Below are positions 11,158 through 26,660 of a DNA stretch of 64,000 nucleotides, in pieces. The translations under genes and the position numbers were made by a program. The stretch comes from Lama glama (taxonomy: Eukaryota): positions 23,314,001 through 23,378,000 of the forward strand of contig CM052816.1 of assembly GCA_028534125.1 (NCBI GenBank). Direction: 5' to 3'. The notes under the pieces were generated by a model. The model was given only the letters and a program-made list of their open reading frames with translations. It was not told where the DNA came from and searched no databases. The first letter of the stretch is position 1; every line of letters starts with the position of its first letter.

Positions 11158-13229
11158 TATAGGATAAGATCCAAACATTTTTATCCTGTTTTTCAGAGGA
11201 TCAGCAGACTGATTTCAATCTCATTTCCACAGGAATAGTTAATTCCAGACTAAATTTTTGTACAGTCCCTTTCTATCAGAATGCTTTCCCAGCTTATGTG
11301 TATTTACAAATGTAACTCAAATTTTAGGACCTTCAACTCTTCAATAAGTTCTAGCACATATTTCTTATGATCCTTAACTTTTGTACCCTTCATATATATG
11401 GCATGTAAGATATCAAGACTGTCTTCAATTTCTGGTCAATTTCAAGTAATATATACAAACTATCACCACCCAGAATTTAAGTGTTTAGAGAGTAAGAATT
11501 ATCATATTTTCTTTTTAATTTGTTGAATTATTCAGTTCAATACCATATCAAATATCTATAGATTTATCCACAGCTATAGAATCACAGAAGCAACTGAATA
11601 TTCCATAAATTTGATGAAAAGTTGAAACTAATGTGGCCTCTTACTGACTTAGAGAAACCATAAGCCTGCAAGGTCTACAGATGATCTGCTCAAGGAAGGT
11701 TGCTTGCATTACTCTAGACCATACATGTGCCAAAATGCATTAGAGAAATATACACAGAAAGCCAGTTCTCGCATGGCCATTCATTAGCTGGGTGATTTCC
11801 GTCCTCCTCCACCTACTCGCTATGACATCCAAACCTACATTTGGAGAGAATCTGGTACGGGAGAGTTGCCACATCTCTACTGGCTGAAGTCCCATTATGA
11901 TTATTAACTTGGACAAACTACTTATTATGCTAACTGGTATCACCGTCTAAATAAAGTATCAAATACAAAAACTGGGCTAGTGGTCTGTAACTATCACCGT
12001 AGTAAGTACACTTCTTGCCAGTCCAGTAAAAATTCTGAAGGATATAAAATCACTCCTTAAATGAATAGAGAGATGCATGGCCAAGAGTAGCTGAGAATCT
12101 TTTTACATCAAGCATTCATAAAAATAATTATATTACTACCACAAATTCTTCTTCTTCTTCATTCTACTCCGAGTTACGTGTCAACCCATGTGCCACGTGA
12201 TTAGAGCATCACCAATCCACCAATGAGCCTTGAAAGGAAGGGAAACTCAGCCACATTTTAGGAAAGAAGAAAAGTAGTACAGACAGATTGGCCCAGAGTT
12301 CATTCAGTGAGCAGCTGGCATGACAAGAATTCAAGCCCAAGTCTGCACTGCTCTAATCCGCTTCTCTCTCACCTGCCCACTGAGGAGTTTCTAACCTTAA
12401 GGAAGGCACGTGTGCGAGAGGAAGACTTCCACTGTGTGGAATTCTAAAGTGTGCATTATGGAAACTGTGAAATGAAGCCATTACCGATTTTAGTGGGTCA
12501 ATGAACATTAGTTACAGAATAATTGATTTTGAACATTTTAAAGAGCAATGGATTTCTAGAAATAAGAGTATATTTGTTTTTGTCTATTGTAGGAATCTGT
12601 TAGTTTATCTGTTTCCCATCCTAACAGTCCTAGATAATGTTTTGCCTTTCTCTTCATTTCTTATTCACTGAAGGTTTGTCTACTCTCCCTTCAGAACATG
12701 TCCTCTCTTTCTTGTAACGGATACACTGAGGGACATCAACGCAGAAGGAAAGGCAAACACCGTATTTCCTTCCAAAAGGGATTCCTCAGGCAAGATGAGA
12801 GAGATTAGCCAAATTTACCTTTACAGGATGCCTCCTGGGGCATATGCCAGCTTCTTAGTGAATTAGCAGAATTTTAAACGGTAGTATTGCTAAAACTGTT
12901 GGAATTGCCCCTTCGAAATCTATGACTTCAGGACTTGCATTGAATAGCTGAACAGGTCTGTTCCAGGCTTCAAAGTAAACTCATCATAACTGATACATAA
13001 TTTAACTACTGTATTTGTACATAGTTTATTTTATTTAAGCATCAAAATATCATGTACCAGAAAGGAAAAATATGTTGCCATGTTTATACTTTTAGTCATA
13101 AAACCATATTCTTTTACTCAGACAAGGCAAATGCATTCATTGACCCAAAGGAATTCCTCTTTCCCTACTTCTGGAACTCAAATGTTTTCTGCTCTGGATC
13201 TCAAGGTAATTGTCCAACAGAGGAATATT

Positions 13230-14110
13230 CATATAACACACACTTCTTCAATCATACAATAAACGTTCGCATGCCTATGATACACAATGCACTCTATTTA
13301 GTGCTGTGTGAGAAAAAATGTATTAGATGGTAATCCTATTTTTATAGAGGCTGTTGTCTAGTAGAGAGTGTGTGTGTATGTTGTACATGTGTGTGTAGTA
13401 TCAGTATAAATCAGTATATATTAGAAATTAAGTGACAAGTGAGACTGTCAATAAACAGTGCAAGGGAATTGAAAAAGGAGATATATTTCCAGTTGGACTT
13501 TCGTGTCTGATTTCACAAAAAGGATTATATTTGTCTTGGCCACTAATGGATAAGTAAAACTGAAAAAGGTATAAACCGGTAGGGCTGGGAGTTAGCATAA
13601 GAAAAAAGCATTAATAAAGATACGAAGCTTGAAAATGATGGGTTGTCTGCATTCATGAAATACAAAATTATTTCTATTCTCTAGATTGTAGATAATCTAG
13701 AAATAGTAGATTATAAGGTTAGAAAGATGGATTGGGACCACTCTATAAAAAGTCATGAATCTAAGGCTACAGAACTTGGAGTCCCTTCATTAGGAAGTAA
13801 AGGACAATGAAGATCAGGGCTACAATTCAGGAAGCTGAATCTGACTAATGTAGGAGACAGAGAGGAAAGATGAGGTGCTAAGGCAAGAAGACCAATGAGG
13901 TGGGTACTGCAGGAGTCCAAGCTTGGAGGAATCACAGAAGAGGGGATGGACAGATGGTATAACTATTTCAGATGAACAATGAACAGAATTTGAAAACTGA
14001 TTATGGGAAGAACTTAAGAGGTAAAAGAGTTAAAGATGTGTCAGATGTCTCAACTGAAGAACTGATGACAATATTGATGCCGATAATAGAAATACAGGTG
14101 TCTGAAGAAG
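13230..14110 (-). mobile_element. L2 LINE fragment
   Basis: Purine-rich L2 reverse-complement motifs (gaggcaagaagacc-like, acagaatttgaaaactgatt). Confidence 0.6.
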
Positions 14111-15099
14111 TGGGTTTATAACCTGGCCCTATCCTTGGTTCTATCCAAACACAATTTCCATCAGAGCATGTAAGCAAATGTTGTTGATTTCAAAGGCTTA
14201 CTAGTTACAAGGCATCTGCATTCTTGGTACTCCGGCCATACTTAAAACTTAAGCAGGTGCCCCATATATTTATTGCCTTCAAGGAGCTAACTTTGCATAT
14301 TTATTGCCTCATTGGCCTCTCAGTTCAGAAGAAACTGAACTGAAGTGGAAAAGCCATGTCTCTGGGCCAAAGTTTTAGTAATATCTGTTAGTCTTTTCCC
14401 CCGGTTCAAAAAAGGAAAACAAAACCCAAAAACATAGGGAAAAAAAGTTCTGTGTTTTTATAATGATCTCATTTGTAAGTAATTTCCTCTAACTTATGTA
14501 ATTTTATCCCACTCATCATCTCTATAAAGTAGGCCATCTAATTATCATATGAGATTCTTAATCAGGAAATAAATTGTGTATGTTCAGTGCAGTTTCTTTT
14601 AACTTGTAAAAACACAGGAGTCTGCTCGAGCTTTTTTATTTTCTTGACACTCTACGACAAGTATCAATTATCACAAATGTGCTAAAGTCAAACTACAAAA
14701 CTGTTCATCTACTGATTTCAGGACAAACAATTTTGTCCACAACCTATGTCCTTTGTATTACTTCAAGGATATAATACATCTTAAGAGGGTAGTTTTTTTA
14801 ATTAAGAAAAGAAAGCTCTGAACCATCAGCTACTAAATGGTCAAAAAAATAAAGACTATTTTATTAACGTAAAACAGTGACCATTTTCAGGTTCTTATGA
14901 TTACTTTTATTGGCTACATATTTTTAAAGTAATGAGAATAAATTCAGCAAGTCAGAAAAAGATAAGATGCTCAACCATTCTAGTAAGCAAAGAAACACAA
15001 ATACAAATTAAATTACAATTTAAAATGTGCTATGCTTAAAGCTGGCAAAATAAGCTGAAACTGTATTCACAAGCAGTCCTCTATTTAAATTTGTATAAA

Positions 15100-18000
15100 T
15101 ATTGCTACATGGCCTCCAAAAACAGCACACCACTTTCCACTCCTCAAAAACATGTGAGGGTATCTGTCTCCCCAGATAGGCCAATACTTTTCATTCACTT
15201 ACACTGTCATCAGAACATCATTTACCAGCTATTTGTTGGGCACAAATGAAGGATATTAGAGATATAATGTTGAATAGCAACAACAAAAACAAACAAAATA
15301 AGACAAGACACAGTCTCTGATCTCAAGAAGCACAGTCCAATTAAAGATATAGACATCAAATAATTAGACAAATGATGTAAACCTGCAACTCTGAAAAAAT
15401 TAGAATGAATACTACATAGAACTTCTAAAAGCACACATTAAGAGATTTAACCTACCCATGAAGTAATACTCTGAAGAAATGATGTGAAAGAAGGAGAGAA
15501 AATGAGGGAAGAGGGCAGGAAAAGTTTTCTTGCCAAGGGAAGCATGTGGTCCTCAATAGTGGGAGTGAATATGGATTCATCTGTGCAGACTGGTAGCTGA
15601 AAGAATTGTGGTGGTCTGAATGCCTATTAAGGACACTAGCATTTTTTCACATAAGCCATGGGTACATCTCAATGAGCTATGTGGATATATCTCTTGCCAT
15701 TTTTCCAATGGGGCTTTGGTCATTTTGCTAGTTGATTTTTAAGAGCTCTTTTTTATTAAGGAAAATATTACTTTGTCATACATGAAGCAAATACTTGCAC
15801 TGACTGTGATTGATCTTCTGACTATTGTATTTTTTCCCTTATGTTGATATTTAAATCCAAGTCACTAATTTTATGTGACTTCTCCTTAGATATTTCTAGA
15901 TTTCATACATAGAATCATAGACATTCTCTGTTAAAGAATAAAAAAAGAAAAAAGTCAACAAAACAAAACAAAAAAAGTTCAATGTACAGACACGTTCCGG
16001 AATGTTCTGTAATGTTTAAGGTAGAGAATCAAATTCCTGTTACTGTTCTCATAGAATGATTCATTTCTTTCCACTGATTGCAGGTGCAGCTTTTATTACA
16101 TGCTACATTTCCACATCTTTTCCTATTATAAGTGGATTTTTAAAAACTCTTTCATTGACTTGTCTGTTTATTTAAGTACCAGAACAAACTACTTTATCTA
16201 TTCCGAAATGTATTAATATCTGACTGAGCTAACCCTGTCCTTCCCCACCACTTTTTTCTTTTTTTAACAAGAAATTTCTTATGTTGGGTTTTCCATATGG
16301 ACTCTATAATCAGGGTGTCTAATAAAAAATTCTGTTGACATTTTTGGGCAGATTACATTAATTTATATATAGATAATTGTCATTTTATAAGATGGACTGT
16401 TCCTATCCCAATCCAGGAAATGTCTTTCCATTTATTTAAACCACTTTTATGACTCTCTATGTGGTTATAAATTCTTCTTTTTATAAGTCTTCTACATTCC
16501 TTTGGAAGTATATGCCTACGTATTTTATCTTTTTTATTTTTATTTTACTTTTTACTATCTTCAATATAAGTGGAATTTTTTTCTTTGTTTATAGTTTGCA
16601 AGTGTCTGTTGTTCATGTATTGGAAAGCAAACATTTTATATGTAGTTTTGCAACAGGCCAATAAAATTGTCTTATTGTTCTGACAGATTTTTTTTTAGCA
16701 GATTGTCTCAAGTTTTCCATTTATACAAGTGACACTCATTTTGCCCCTTCTTTCTAGTTTTATATTTAAAGTTATTAAATATTTTCACAAAAACCAATGT
16801 ATGTAATACATATGTTTACACATACTATGCGTGTATGTCTGAATCTAAATAACTTAGGTATTAAGGGAAATTATCACACAAACAGCAAACTTAAAGGCTA
16901 ATTCTAAGATCCATGTCCAACTTCCCTATCAGATCTCATGCCTCCACTTCAAAAAGAAGGCACACAAAATGCGTGCTGCTGTAGAAATCATTCCAATCCT
17001 AAAGTCCTAAAGAGCATCTCCTATACTTTCTCTTTCATCTGTGATATATCAGTCTTTTTTTTACCCGGAGTTGATTTTTAGGAACGCTCTAAAGAAAGTG
17101 TTCAATTTTATTTGTATACTTGTCAGAAATCAAATGTACCATCACATTTTGCTGAAGAGTCATCCTTCTCTACTGATCTGCAATGACAGCTTGGTCAGAC
17201 ATCAGGCTCTCACGTATGGCGTGGGGCTGTTATGACTCTCTTTCACTGTATCGGTCTGGCTATCGACACATGCATGACTGGCAGTATCTTAGCTACTAAA
17301 GTCTCACGGCAGGTCTTGATTTCTGTTTGGGAAAGATTCCCACATTATTCTCCTCCTCATCTTCTTCTGCCTTTGCCTCCAGCTTCACTGTTTCCCCCAA
17401 GACTATTTTGGCTATTTTGGCTATTTGCACTTCCATATACATTTTGGAAATATTTACCAACTTACATAAAAGTATATTTACTGGAATTTCCATAAACCTC
17501 TAAATCATTTACAGCAGAACAGACATCTGCAAGATATTACATTTATCCACAAACATAGTATATTTTCATTTGATACAGGTTTAATTTAATGAATTTTAAC
17601 AGCAGTGTATAGTTTTCTATCTTTTACGGGATTCATTATTAAGTACTTTGTGTGTTCCATTGCTACAGTAAATAGTACCCTTTTTAAATGATATTTTGTA
17701 TTTTTGTGTTGACAGTTTTTCATATGTATCTTACAGCCAATAAACTTACTAAACTCATCAATTAATTCCATGTACTTTACTTTTGCATTATATCATGTTT
17801 CTATGTAGTGAGTAATCACATCATTTGCAAATTAAAATGGATTTCTTTCTTCCATTCTCATCCCTATACCTTTTATTTTTCTCCCATGCTGTTACTTTTT
17901 GTACCCCAGTACATACATGGAAGCAGATATACTGACAACTGTGATTTACTTACTTTTGTAGAGAATGTTTCTAATATTTCACCATTAAAAATAATGTTTC

Positions 18001-19330
18001 CCATTCATACATGAGTAAATTTTTATTTTATTGGATTTTTCTGCATCTACTGATAGTATAGGTTTTCTGCTAATTAATAGAATCTGTTAATTAATCTGTT
18101 AATGTGGGAACTAAGATTTTAAAATGGTAAATGATCTTTGCTATACTGAGACAAAGCCAACTTTATTCCCTTGTATTAACTTCATTTATTTGCATAGTGC
18201 TGCTTTATTTTGAAAATGTTTCGTTGCCCTTTTTGCATTTTTCTCAGATAGGAAGAGACTAATTTTCCTTCTTCACAAATGTCTTTTATTGATTTCTATG
18301 CTACATTAATACTAGCCTCAAATACTGAGTTTGAGGCTGTTCCTTCATTCTAGGAAATTCAGACTATTATTAGCATTATTTATTCCTTGAACCTACTGCT
18401 ATGTCTGAACTGGTGTTTTCTTCAGAAAGGTTCTGAAGTGCTGATTCAGTTTCTCTAAATGGTTATAAATCTTCATGTACTTTCATTACATTTTCTTAGG
18501 ATTTTCCCGTTCCATCTGTTTGTAACTTTTTGTAATGAAAGTATTCAGTGTATTTTCTTAGTATCTTTTTAGCATCTTTGGTATCTGTGTTATATTTCCT
18601 TTTCTCATTTCTAATACTGTTGAGTTGTGCCTTTTATTCTTGCTCAATCCCATTTTTTTACCAATTTTACTTGCATTTTCATTGACTCAGTTTTGGCACT
18701 GTTGTTCACATTAACTGTATTTTTCTCTTTTATTAGTTCCTGCTCTTCATGATTTTTCTTCTTTTTTTTCACTTTGTTGTTATTTTTCTAACATTTTAAT
18801 TTGAAAACTTAGGTCATTAATTTCAAAATATTTTTATGTGTATATAAAGCTACCCATTTTCTTCTATGTGCTGCTTTATCTGCACATGTGCATACTATAC
18901 TCTCTAAATCGTATATCTGCTATTGTTCAAACCTGAGAATATTCTGAATTCCCTCAAGATTTCTTCTTTGATCTGTGAGTTTTTCAAGAATATGCTTGTA
19001 AATTTGTAAATGTATGTATTTATGAGTTTCCTTTTTGTTATTGGTTGCTTAATTGTATTATGATCAGAAAAATTCACCTGTATATTCATTTTTAAAAATT
19101 TGTTTGGATTTACAGTATAAAACAATATATGGTCATTCTTTTTAACTATCCAGTATGTTCTTAAGGAGTAGGTATTCTTTATTAATTGGCTGTTGGTTTT
19201 ATGTCTGCCCAGTAGATCAATTTTTTTAGTTGTTCAAATCTTTTCTCTTCCATCAGCTCCTCTATCCAACATTAAGACTTAGCCTCCTGTGAGTGAAAAA
19301 TTCCATCTCTTTTATATTGATAGAGTCCTA
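15100..19330 (-). mobile_element. Ancient L1 (L1M-type) ORF2/3' remnants, interrupted by an L2 piece at ~15215-15610
   Basis: Minus-strand ORFs 17586..17771 (ELIDEFSKFIGCKI, L1 RT region) and 18904..19125 (FSDHN, L1 endonuclease motif). Confidence 0.75.
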
Positions 19331-19639
19331 TCTTTACTATGTGAAAACTTCCCTTTCTCTTGCTCTTTAGCTTGATCATTTATTTTTTAAAAAAATCTCT
19401 TTTTGGAATTTCCGAGCATTTAAAATGAGGATGGGAGATTTCAATATCTTTACAACTTCTATCGATCCAAATCCTAAAGTTAATCCTAATGTAAATTTTT
19501 AACGTGAAAATAAATGCCAACTTATTACTTAAATAAGACAATTTCCTCAAGCAGAATATTTTATTCATTTCTGCTGTTCTATATATCACAGAGGTTATAT
19601 ATTCCACACTTTCAGTAATAAAGTTATCTTTATTGAATA

Positions 19640-20520
19640 AGTACATTTTGAGTGCATACCATGCGCCAATTATGCAAGCACCAGTGTTCTAGAGGTTGCA
19701 AATACAACGGTGAGTTAAGGACTCTAGAATTCATCATGTACATACAGACAAACAGACAGACAGGTAGATAGATGGAATTGGGTAAGTTTTAGGAGGACAA
19801 AGTAGGCAGAGGAGGATAACCGTGGTTATACATACATTTTTAAGAAATGTTATCAGAAAGGCCTCATCAAGAAGGTGGCATCTGAGCAGAGACCTAAAGA
19901 AGAAAATGGAGACAGCCACGTGACTGTGCTGGAGAAGAACACTGCAGGCAGAAGGAAAAGCAGAAGGCAAAGGGGTTGAAGGAGATGTTTGCTTCATGTG
20001 TTTAAGTCACAGAAAAGAGGCGATGGCTAGAGTGAGGAGGGGACTGGCAGGCTGAGAGGGAAGGAGGCTAAAATGTGTAGGGCCTTGTGGGGCCACTGTG
20101 AGGGTCTGGGGGTTTTACCAGTGAGACTGGAAGCTATTGGAAGATTCTGAGCAAAGCAATCAGGCAATGTGCTTTTTTTTTAAAAAAAAAAAAAAAAGAT
20201 TCTCTGGCTCTAAATTAAAAACAGGCTGTGAGAGGCAAGGACTGAAAACTAAAGGTCGTTTAGGGGGTCACTGTAGTAACCCAGATGAGAGGTGATACTG
20301 GCTTGGCCTGGAGTGGTGGCAGAAGAATCAGTGAGAGGGTATCAGATTCTGGATTTATCATGAAGGTGGCGTCAACAGCTGATGAACAGAATGTGGAGTG
20401 AGAAAGAGAGGACTCAAGGATAGTTTTGTGGGTTTTGGCTGAGCGGCTGGAAGGATGGAGCTCCACGTAACTGTGACAGGAAGACCTCAGGAAGGAGCAC
20501 TTCTAGGGTGCTGGGAGTCA
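19640..20520 (-). mobile_element. L2a LINE fragment
   Basis: ttgagtgcataccatgcgcc..gaaggtggcatctgagcagagacctaaag..gtaacccagatgagaggtgat..attctggatttatcatgaagg. Confidence 0.85.
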
Positions 20521-20739
20521 TTTCTGCGTGTGAGCACCGGAATAAAGTCTCACCCCAAGTGGGCTTGGGTGTATTTAAAAATACACATTTTGTTTTTATA
20601 AAACTTCATCTATTAACTTTTTCATACAATATCTAAAAACACTCCAAAATATTGGAGTGTACCTACAGCATCTTTCCTACAGTAAATTTTCATTGACATT
20701 CTATGCATAAGAATTTTTTACTAAGATAATTACTATATT

Positions 20740-21360
20740 AAAGCATTCACTTACTGAATATGTATTTATGGAATACCAAATATGTACTGAGCACTAGCAG
20801 GTGGATTAGGACTCTCATGGTAATAAAAACAATAAGCATGATTCCTTACCTCTTGGAGCGTAAAGCCTCCATTTGTACAGACAAATGAATGTACATTTAT
20901 AAAGTGATGGTGCCATTATCTGTTTAATAGACTGACCTACACAGAACTCATCCTATGGGAAATGACTACTGATGAGATACATGAATTATGATCAGCAGGA
21001 AATAATTACTCAAAGATGGGAAGTAAGAGTATTCTAGGCAGAGGGAGTGGCATGTGCTGATATTCTGCAGTGTAAAGAACCAAGGTACATCGGAAACACT
21101 GTAAAAACTCTAATGGTGGCTGCAATGCTGAGAATGAGAGGGAGCCCGGTGTGAAGTAGAAGTGAAGACATAAGGTTGGGGGAAGATACTACAGAGCCAG
21201 CTCAGAAGCAAGCTATGTTCATTAGAAGTACCTTTCAGCATTGCCGGGCATAGCACAGTAATTAACAACATGGGCTTTGATTTTGGACACGCTTGACTTT
21301 GAACATCACTCAGGCATTTACTAGCTGTGTGATGGCAATCATCATCTCTAAAATAAAGCT
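20740..21360. mobile_element. L2 fragment (minus) followed by a MIR piece (plus)
   Basis: cattcac..tatttatggaatacc..; gagtattctaggcagaggga; catttactagctgtgtga. Confidence 0.6.
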
Positions 21361-21977
21361 GATATGACTGCCTTCCTGCTGCAGGTGAGAGCAGAAGTCT
21401 TTGGTCCCAATGTACTAAGCTAGCATAAAGTTGTGCTATCCAATAAATCTCTAGATTTAGCAAGGTGAGAAAAATACTCAGAGGATTATGTTACTAATAA
21501 TTATCTTTAAAATTATTATTTCCCTGATAATTAATATATTTTATAATATCTAAGACCTAGGGTTAAATTTTAGTAAAAGCTTACCCGATATTAAAGGGGT
21601 CATTTTACTTTTGGTTGGAATTCACAAAGAGGACTGAATTATATGTGGCTCTAAAGAAAAAAGAACATGATATGTATATATGGTACATAAATGGTGTATA
21701 TTTATATATTTTGTTACCTAAATTTTATCAATATACACACACTTACATAATAAAACAGCCTAAAATACCACTAAATATTTGTACAAAAGAACAATTTCTG
21801 TTATTTGCAATGGATTGCATCACAGAATTTATGTCTAAAAGTACCTTACAAATAATATGAGGACAGAGATAAACAATTCAAATAAATACCTTTCAGGCTG
21901 AAAATAAAAACATTCCTCTCGAGCAAACAAACGTGACTTGCCATGCAATACTGACTTAGAGTGAATAATTCTTAAGT

Positions 21978-22190
21978 AGCAGAGCTACTCAAAGTGTGGT
22001 CTGTGCACCAGCTGCTACAGGTGACAGACGTGTATCTAGATAAGTGGTCAAATTGGAATGTCAGCTACATCAGTAAACATGCAGTTCAGTTCAACTGACT
22101 TTTTTACTTCGAGATTTTTTCAATGGAACGAGCAATGTGCTATATTCTGGCATAGCTTCTTATCTCATCAGAGACCACAGTTTCAATACA
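21978..22190. mobile_element. hAT-Charlie MER5-family DNA transposon remnant
   Basis: Terminus cagagctactcaaagtgtggtc and complementary end gaccacagttt. Confidence 0.6.
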
Positions 22191-22765
22191 AGATCATTTA
22201 TTGAGCAGTTAATGAGAAAATCAAATTCGATGGAGATAGTTTTACTACATACACTAAAGTAGATTTTAGATGACCTGCTTGTGTTAAACGGCAAGAAACA
22301 GAGGAGAGAGATATGAGAAGGGGAATAAACAGAAAACAACTAGACAAAAATTTATTTCCTTAACTGTACAATGAGGAAGCACTTTCAATTACAAAAAAAA
22401 AAACTATAGAAGAAATAATAGAAGGAAATATGAGAGGCGACTACTAAAAAAAAAGTCTGCAGCTCAAAAACTTAAAAAAATAGGATTAAATTAACTAAGA
22501 GAACTAGGAAAATATTAACAATATATTTAATCAATAAAGAATGTCTTTAATACCAAAAGAACTCCTGAAAAATTAATCTCTACTAGCTTCAGTTTCCTCA
22601 CCCGTAAAAGGACAGTAAAAACAATACATAGCTCAAGATTTTTGTGAGATTGGATTAGATAGGAATAAACAGTGTTTAATGCAATGTCTGATAATAGAAG
22701 AACACATTTTAATTTATATTAGCAACCTAATATGATATTCTAAAACTTTAAAAATAATGTATGAT

Positions 22766-23360
22766 TGTGCAGTAAAGTGTTAGTTCCACAAGTATGGGTG
22801 GTCACAAACCTGCACATTCTAAAGAAAGGTCTGGCCTTTGCCTGGCTCTTGGGAGGTACCTTTAAGGCCTTGAAATAACCTGTCTGATAAAAGTACCTTT
22901 GTTCACTTGGGGGTCCTGGGACACGTCCAATAGTTAATAAAAACAATGTGATTTGTGGTGGGGTAATTGGGACAGCCTGACTTCTGGAGGGACTGGAGAC
23001 TAAAGGTCTGCCTTGTGGGTGATCAACCATGCCTCCACAACCAATTTCCACTAAAAACCCTGGATACCAAGGCTCAGGTGAGGTTCTCTGGATGGCAATG
23101 TTATGTGCATATTCTCACACACTGCTGTTTAGAGAATTAAGCACTGTCTTCTCAACTTTACTGGAAGAGGACAAATGGAAGCTTGTGCCTGGTGTCTCCT
23201 GGACCTGCCCTATGTGCCTTTTTCCTTTGCGGATTTTAATCTATATTCTTTCACTGTAATAAACTATCATAATGAGTAAAACAGCTTTGTGGAGCTTAAT
23301 GGGTCCTTAAAGTAGATCATTTGAACCTGACAATGGCTGGGGATTCTTTCCCCACACACA
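22766..23360 (+). mobile_element. Solo LTR, MER21-like
   Basis: TG...CA ends, AATAAA at 23258-23263, MER21 motifs ctggagactaaaggtc, accaaggctcaggtgag, tggaagcttgtgcctgg. Confidence 0.8.
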
Positions 23361-25869
23361 GTCATCTAACCACAATTAACAGATGAATAATAAATTACAG
23401 CTTGAAATCAAAGTAAAATCTCTCACTTTAAGAAGTTTCTGTTCATAAAGATCATATAAAATACATAAAATATAGCAAGTAATGTGTCCATATATATTCA
23501 ATGAACTCTGCCAAAGTTATGAACAATTTCCTAAGGTGTTTTTATTTATAAAAATAAAAATTTTAGGCTTCATTACAGTAAATTAAAGTCCTATTTGCAT
23601 TTCATGAGCGTAAAATATTCAATACCAATAAAAACATTCTATCATTGGGACTTTGGGCTACAAAAAAAAAAAATAATCCCTCGCTAGACCTACTGTTTAG
23701 AAAGGAAAATAATTTTGGAAAAGGAATCATAAAACATCATTATAAATCAGTTATATCCTCTTTCTTGCTATGGATTCTAAATTACACTTTTGTGTATAGT
23801 TATATATGAGTTTTAATTGGTAATTACTCAAAGGAAAAATTAATATATTTTTGCAGACATTATTTAAGATTCCTTTGCAATAGTAAAAGAAGGATTTTTT
23901 TGTTCACTTCAAATACTCAAATTCTCACCCCTCCCAGAGTCAGTTTTATTACTTGGTGAAGCACATTGACTTTTCCAGCTATTTATAGAGTTGCTCTGGG
24001 AATTTCTAGAAATCGAATTCAAGGCAATGAACATACACTTATCTCACTTATCTCAAATCAGTTTAGAAACATTTTATGTGTGATTATAAACCAATTCTTG
24101 AACTGACAAGTTTAAATGGAATCATTCTGCCATTCTTAAATTGTGGGTTGAAGAATTATGTGATCCACTTTCTGCCTACAGGAAATATATTGGAAGAAAT
24201 CATGACCCTCAAAAAGAAAAAAAAAAAATCCAAAAAGAAAAAAAAGGAGAATGAACAGTTTCACTTAAGCAGATGAATCTTAATCATACCTCTAAAAGCT
24301 CTATTGGAGTGTGTGTGTACACAGGATCCATACGTATAATTATCTAACATCTATGAAAACTCTCCCTACTGGGGAGGCTATGTGTATATGAACACTGTTT
24401 TTTATTTTCTCTTCCTGTACTTCTGTTTCACTGTGCTTTACATCTTCCACTGGCTGCTGCTGATGTAATTTATATAGATGAACTCCTTGTTGTCTGTTTT
24501 TTCTTTATAAAGACATCATTATTCTCGCTGCTATTGTCTCCCACTCTCTAACATCAAGAAAATATTAGCCTCTACTTTTGAGACAAATACTGCTTACTGG
24601 TAAGGAGAATTTTTAGTAACTAAGTAGTTCAACATATATCACACACCCTGGTATTAATCCATCAAGCATTACACATACCTTTGGCACAACTCTACTGATT
24701 TGGGTACAGCTCTATAAAAGTCAAATAAAATAATATTTTACTACCATTTTAGCCATTCCAACCTGAGTTCCTGGTCATAAACCAATGTTTCTACTACATA
24801 AAGCTGAAGTGGCCTTTCCTTAAATTATATCATTTACTGCTTTGTTTGAGTAGTTGTAAGTTCTCGACCAAGCCTTTGCACGTTAATAAAGCATACTGTA
24901 TTGTGGTTGGTTCCTTTATTAGTGTTTTTCCTACATCTTACAATATAATGGAGACTGAAGAAATAACTTATATATATCTGCTTTTAAAATGTAAAATTTT
25001 TTTTCAAAGTGAATCCTCTACATTTCAGGGTACTTGACACAATTATTTATTGTCTGTCTCATTAACATGTATTCAGATAATCTGTATACCAAACTGTTAA
25101 GGCATGGCTAAGGTGAACATTTTAATTATTCAGAAAATTGCATTTAAATTGATAAGAATTGTATTTATGATCAATTTGCACTTACTGTCTTAAGATGTTT
25201 TAATAGTAACTTTTTCTTGCCTCTAAACATTATTCTCAGCCTCTGTCATTCAAATAATGCATGTGGTTTTTCCTATTATGATTAAACTGAAATATCTTTA
25301 AATTATGAAAACTGTATTAGAATTAAGACTCTAAATCCTATTGTTGTGGTGTGAAACATTGAATGAGATTATTGCATTGCATTCTCTCCCTAAAGGATGA
25401 TGATTTTAAATTGTACATCTTTTTTTAATTTCTTTTTTGAATAACAAATTCTTTGTATTCTAGAGCATTTTAATAACTATCAAAAGCTTGCAGAGGATAA
25501 AACAAAAATGTGTGTATACATTTAGAAACATCAAAAAGCAATCACTGTTGATAATGTCCTTTCTCTTGAATTAGGTTATGAGTATAGGGGTATATTCAAT
25601 TTTTGGCAATTCACAGGGCTGGATAATTATGATTTGGTCATTTTCCTATACTTCAGCTTACTTGAATAAAAAATTTTTTCCCAACAAACAGTTACATCTT
25701 ATATACATTTTTGTTTAAGCATTCTGACACCCATCAAATTCTACTGCCAACTCAAGTTTACTCAACGGTCTCCAGGGTTCAGGAATATAATGAAAAGGAA
25801 ATGAGCCAGGTGAACGAGACAAGAGTGCTGCCACCTGTGATGAGCTGAGAAGGCGGGCCCCATTTAAGG

Positions 25870-26050
25870 GGTGCAGTCGCTGCTTGGCTCCAAGGAATGG
25901 CTGCCGTATGGGACTGTGTGCCAAATGCTGCCAGGGCTGGAAATTTGAATTTTTATGTCAAATTTATACTTTTCAATGTTGGCAACTGATTCAACTTTTT
26001 AAACGCTGCCAGCCAGACTAAATATGTCCTTGCCCAAAGAGGCCTCCATA
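25870..26050. mobile_element. MER102-like hAT DNA transposon fragment
   Basis: gctggaaatttgaatttttatgt..aatgttggcaactgattca..gccagactaaatatgtc. Confidence 0.6.
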
Positions 26051-26229
26051 AAGATCACTTCCCTGAGGAGGACCCCAGTAAATCTGAGTTCAGTTAAAAT
26101 ACTGTTCATCTGTACTGCTGATACTGCTAGCATGCAGGGAAGCCAACAGTCCAGATGAAGTCTGAGTCCCTAGCCCATGCCATTTCTGCTATAGCACAAT
26201 TCCTGTAAACATGTGCCTGTTTCTTATGT

Positions 26230-26660
26230 AACTTGAATCCCAAACCAACCTCATAACAAAAGTATTAACCCCATTTTATGGATGAGGGATCCAAGGTCCA
26301 AAGATAGCAGGCAACTTGGTGCAGAATTTGAGAACAGTATGACCTGAGTTACATGACTTGAGTTCAAATCCTTCCTCCAACACAGCATTCTTATAGCTTT
26401 GGGAGGGTAAGTTAACCTCTCTATACTTCAGTTTTTTCCTTTTAAGATGGGTACTCTCATGGTACTACCTCACAAGAATGCTGTGGGGTATACAAAGCAG
26501 CTAGAAATAGGCACATAGTAAGTGCTGTGTAAGTGCTGTGACTACTAACTATTATTGTTTATTATCATTATTTGTAAAATGAAATCCTTGCTTTGTGTGT
26601 GTTTCAAGTGAACTAATCTACGTAAAGCGCTTAGAATTATGCCTGAGACACACTTAATGT
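26230..26660. mobile_element. Cluster of MIR SINEs in both orientations
   Basis: cccattttatggatgagg; gagttcaaatcc..gttaacctctct..cttcagttt; gtaaagcgcttagaa. Confidence 0.75.

Noticed and set aside
20173..20197. T-run/A-run palindrome
   Set aside because: Ordinary homopolymer expansion inside L2.
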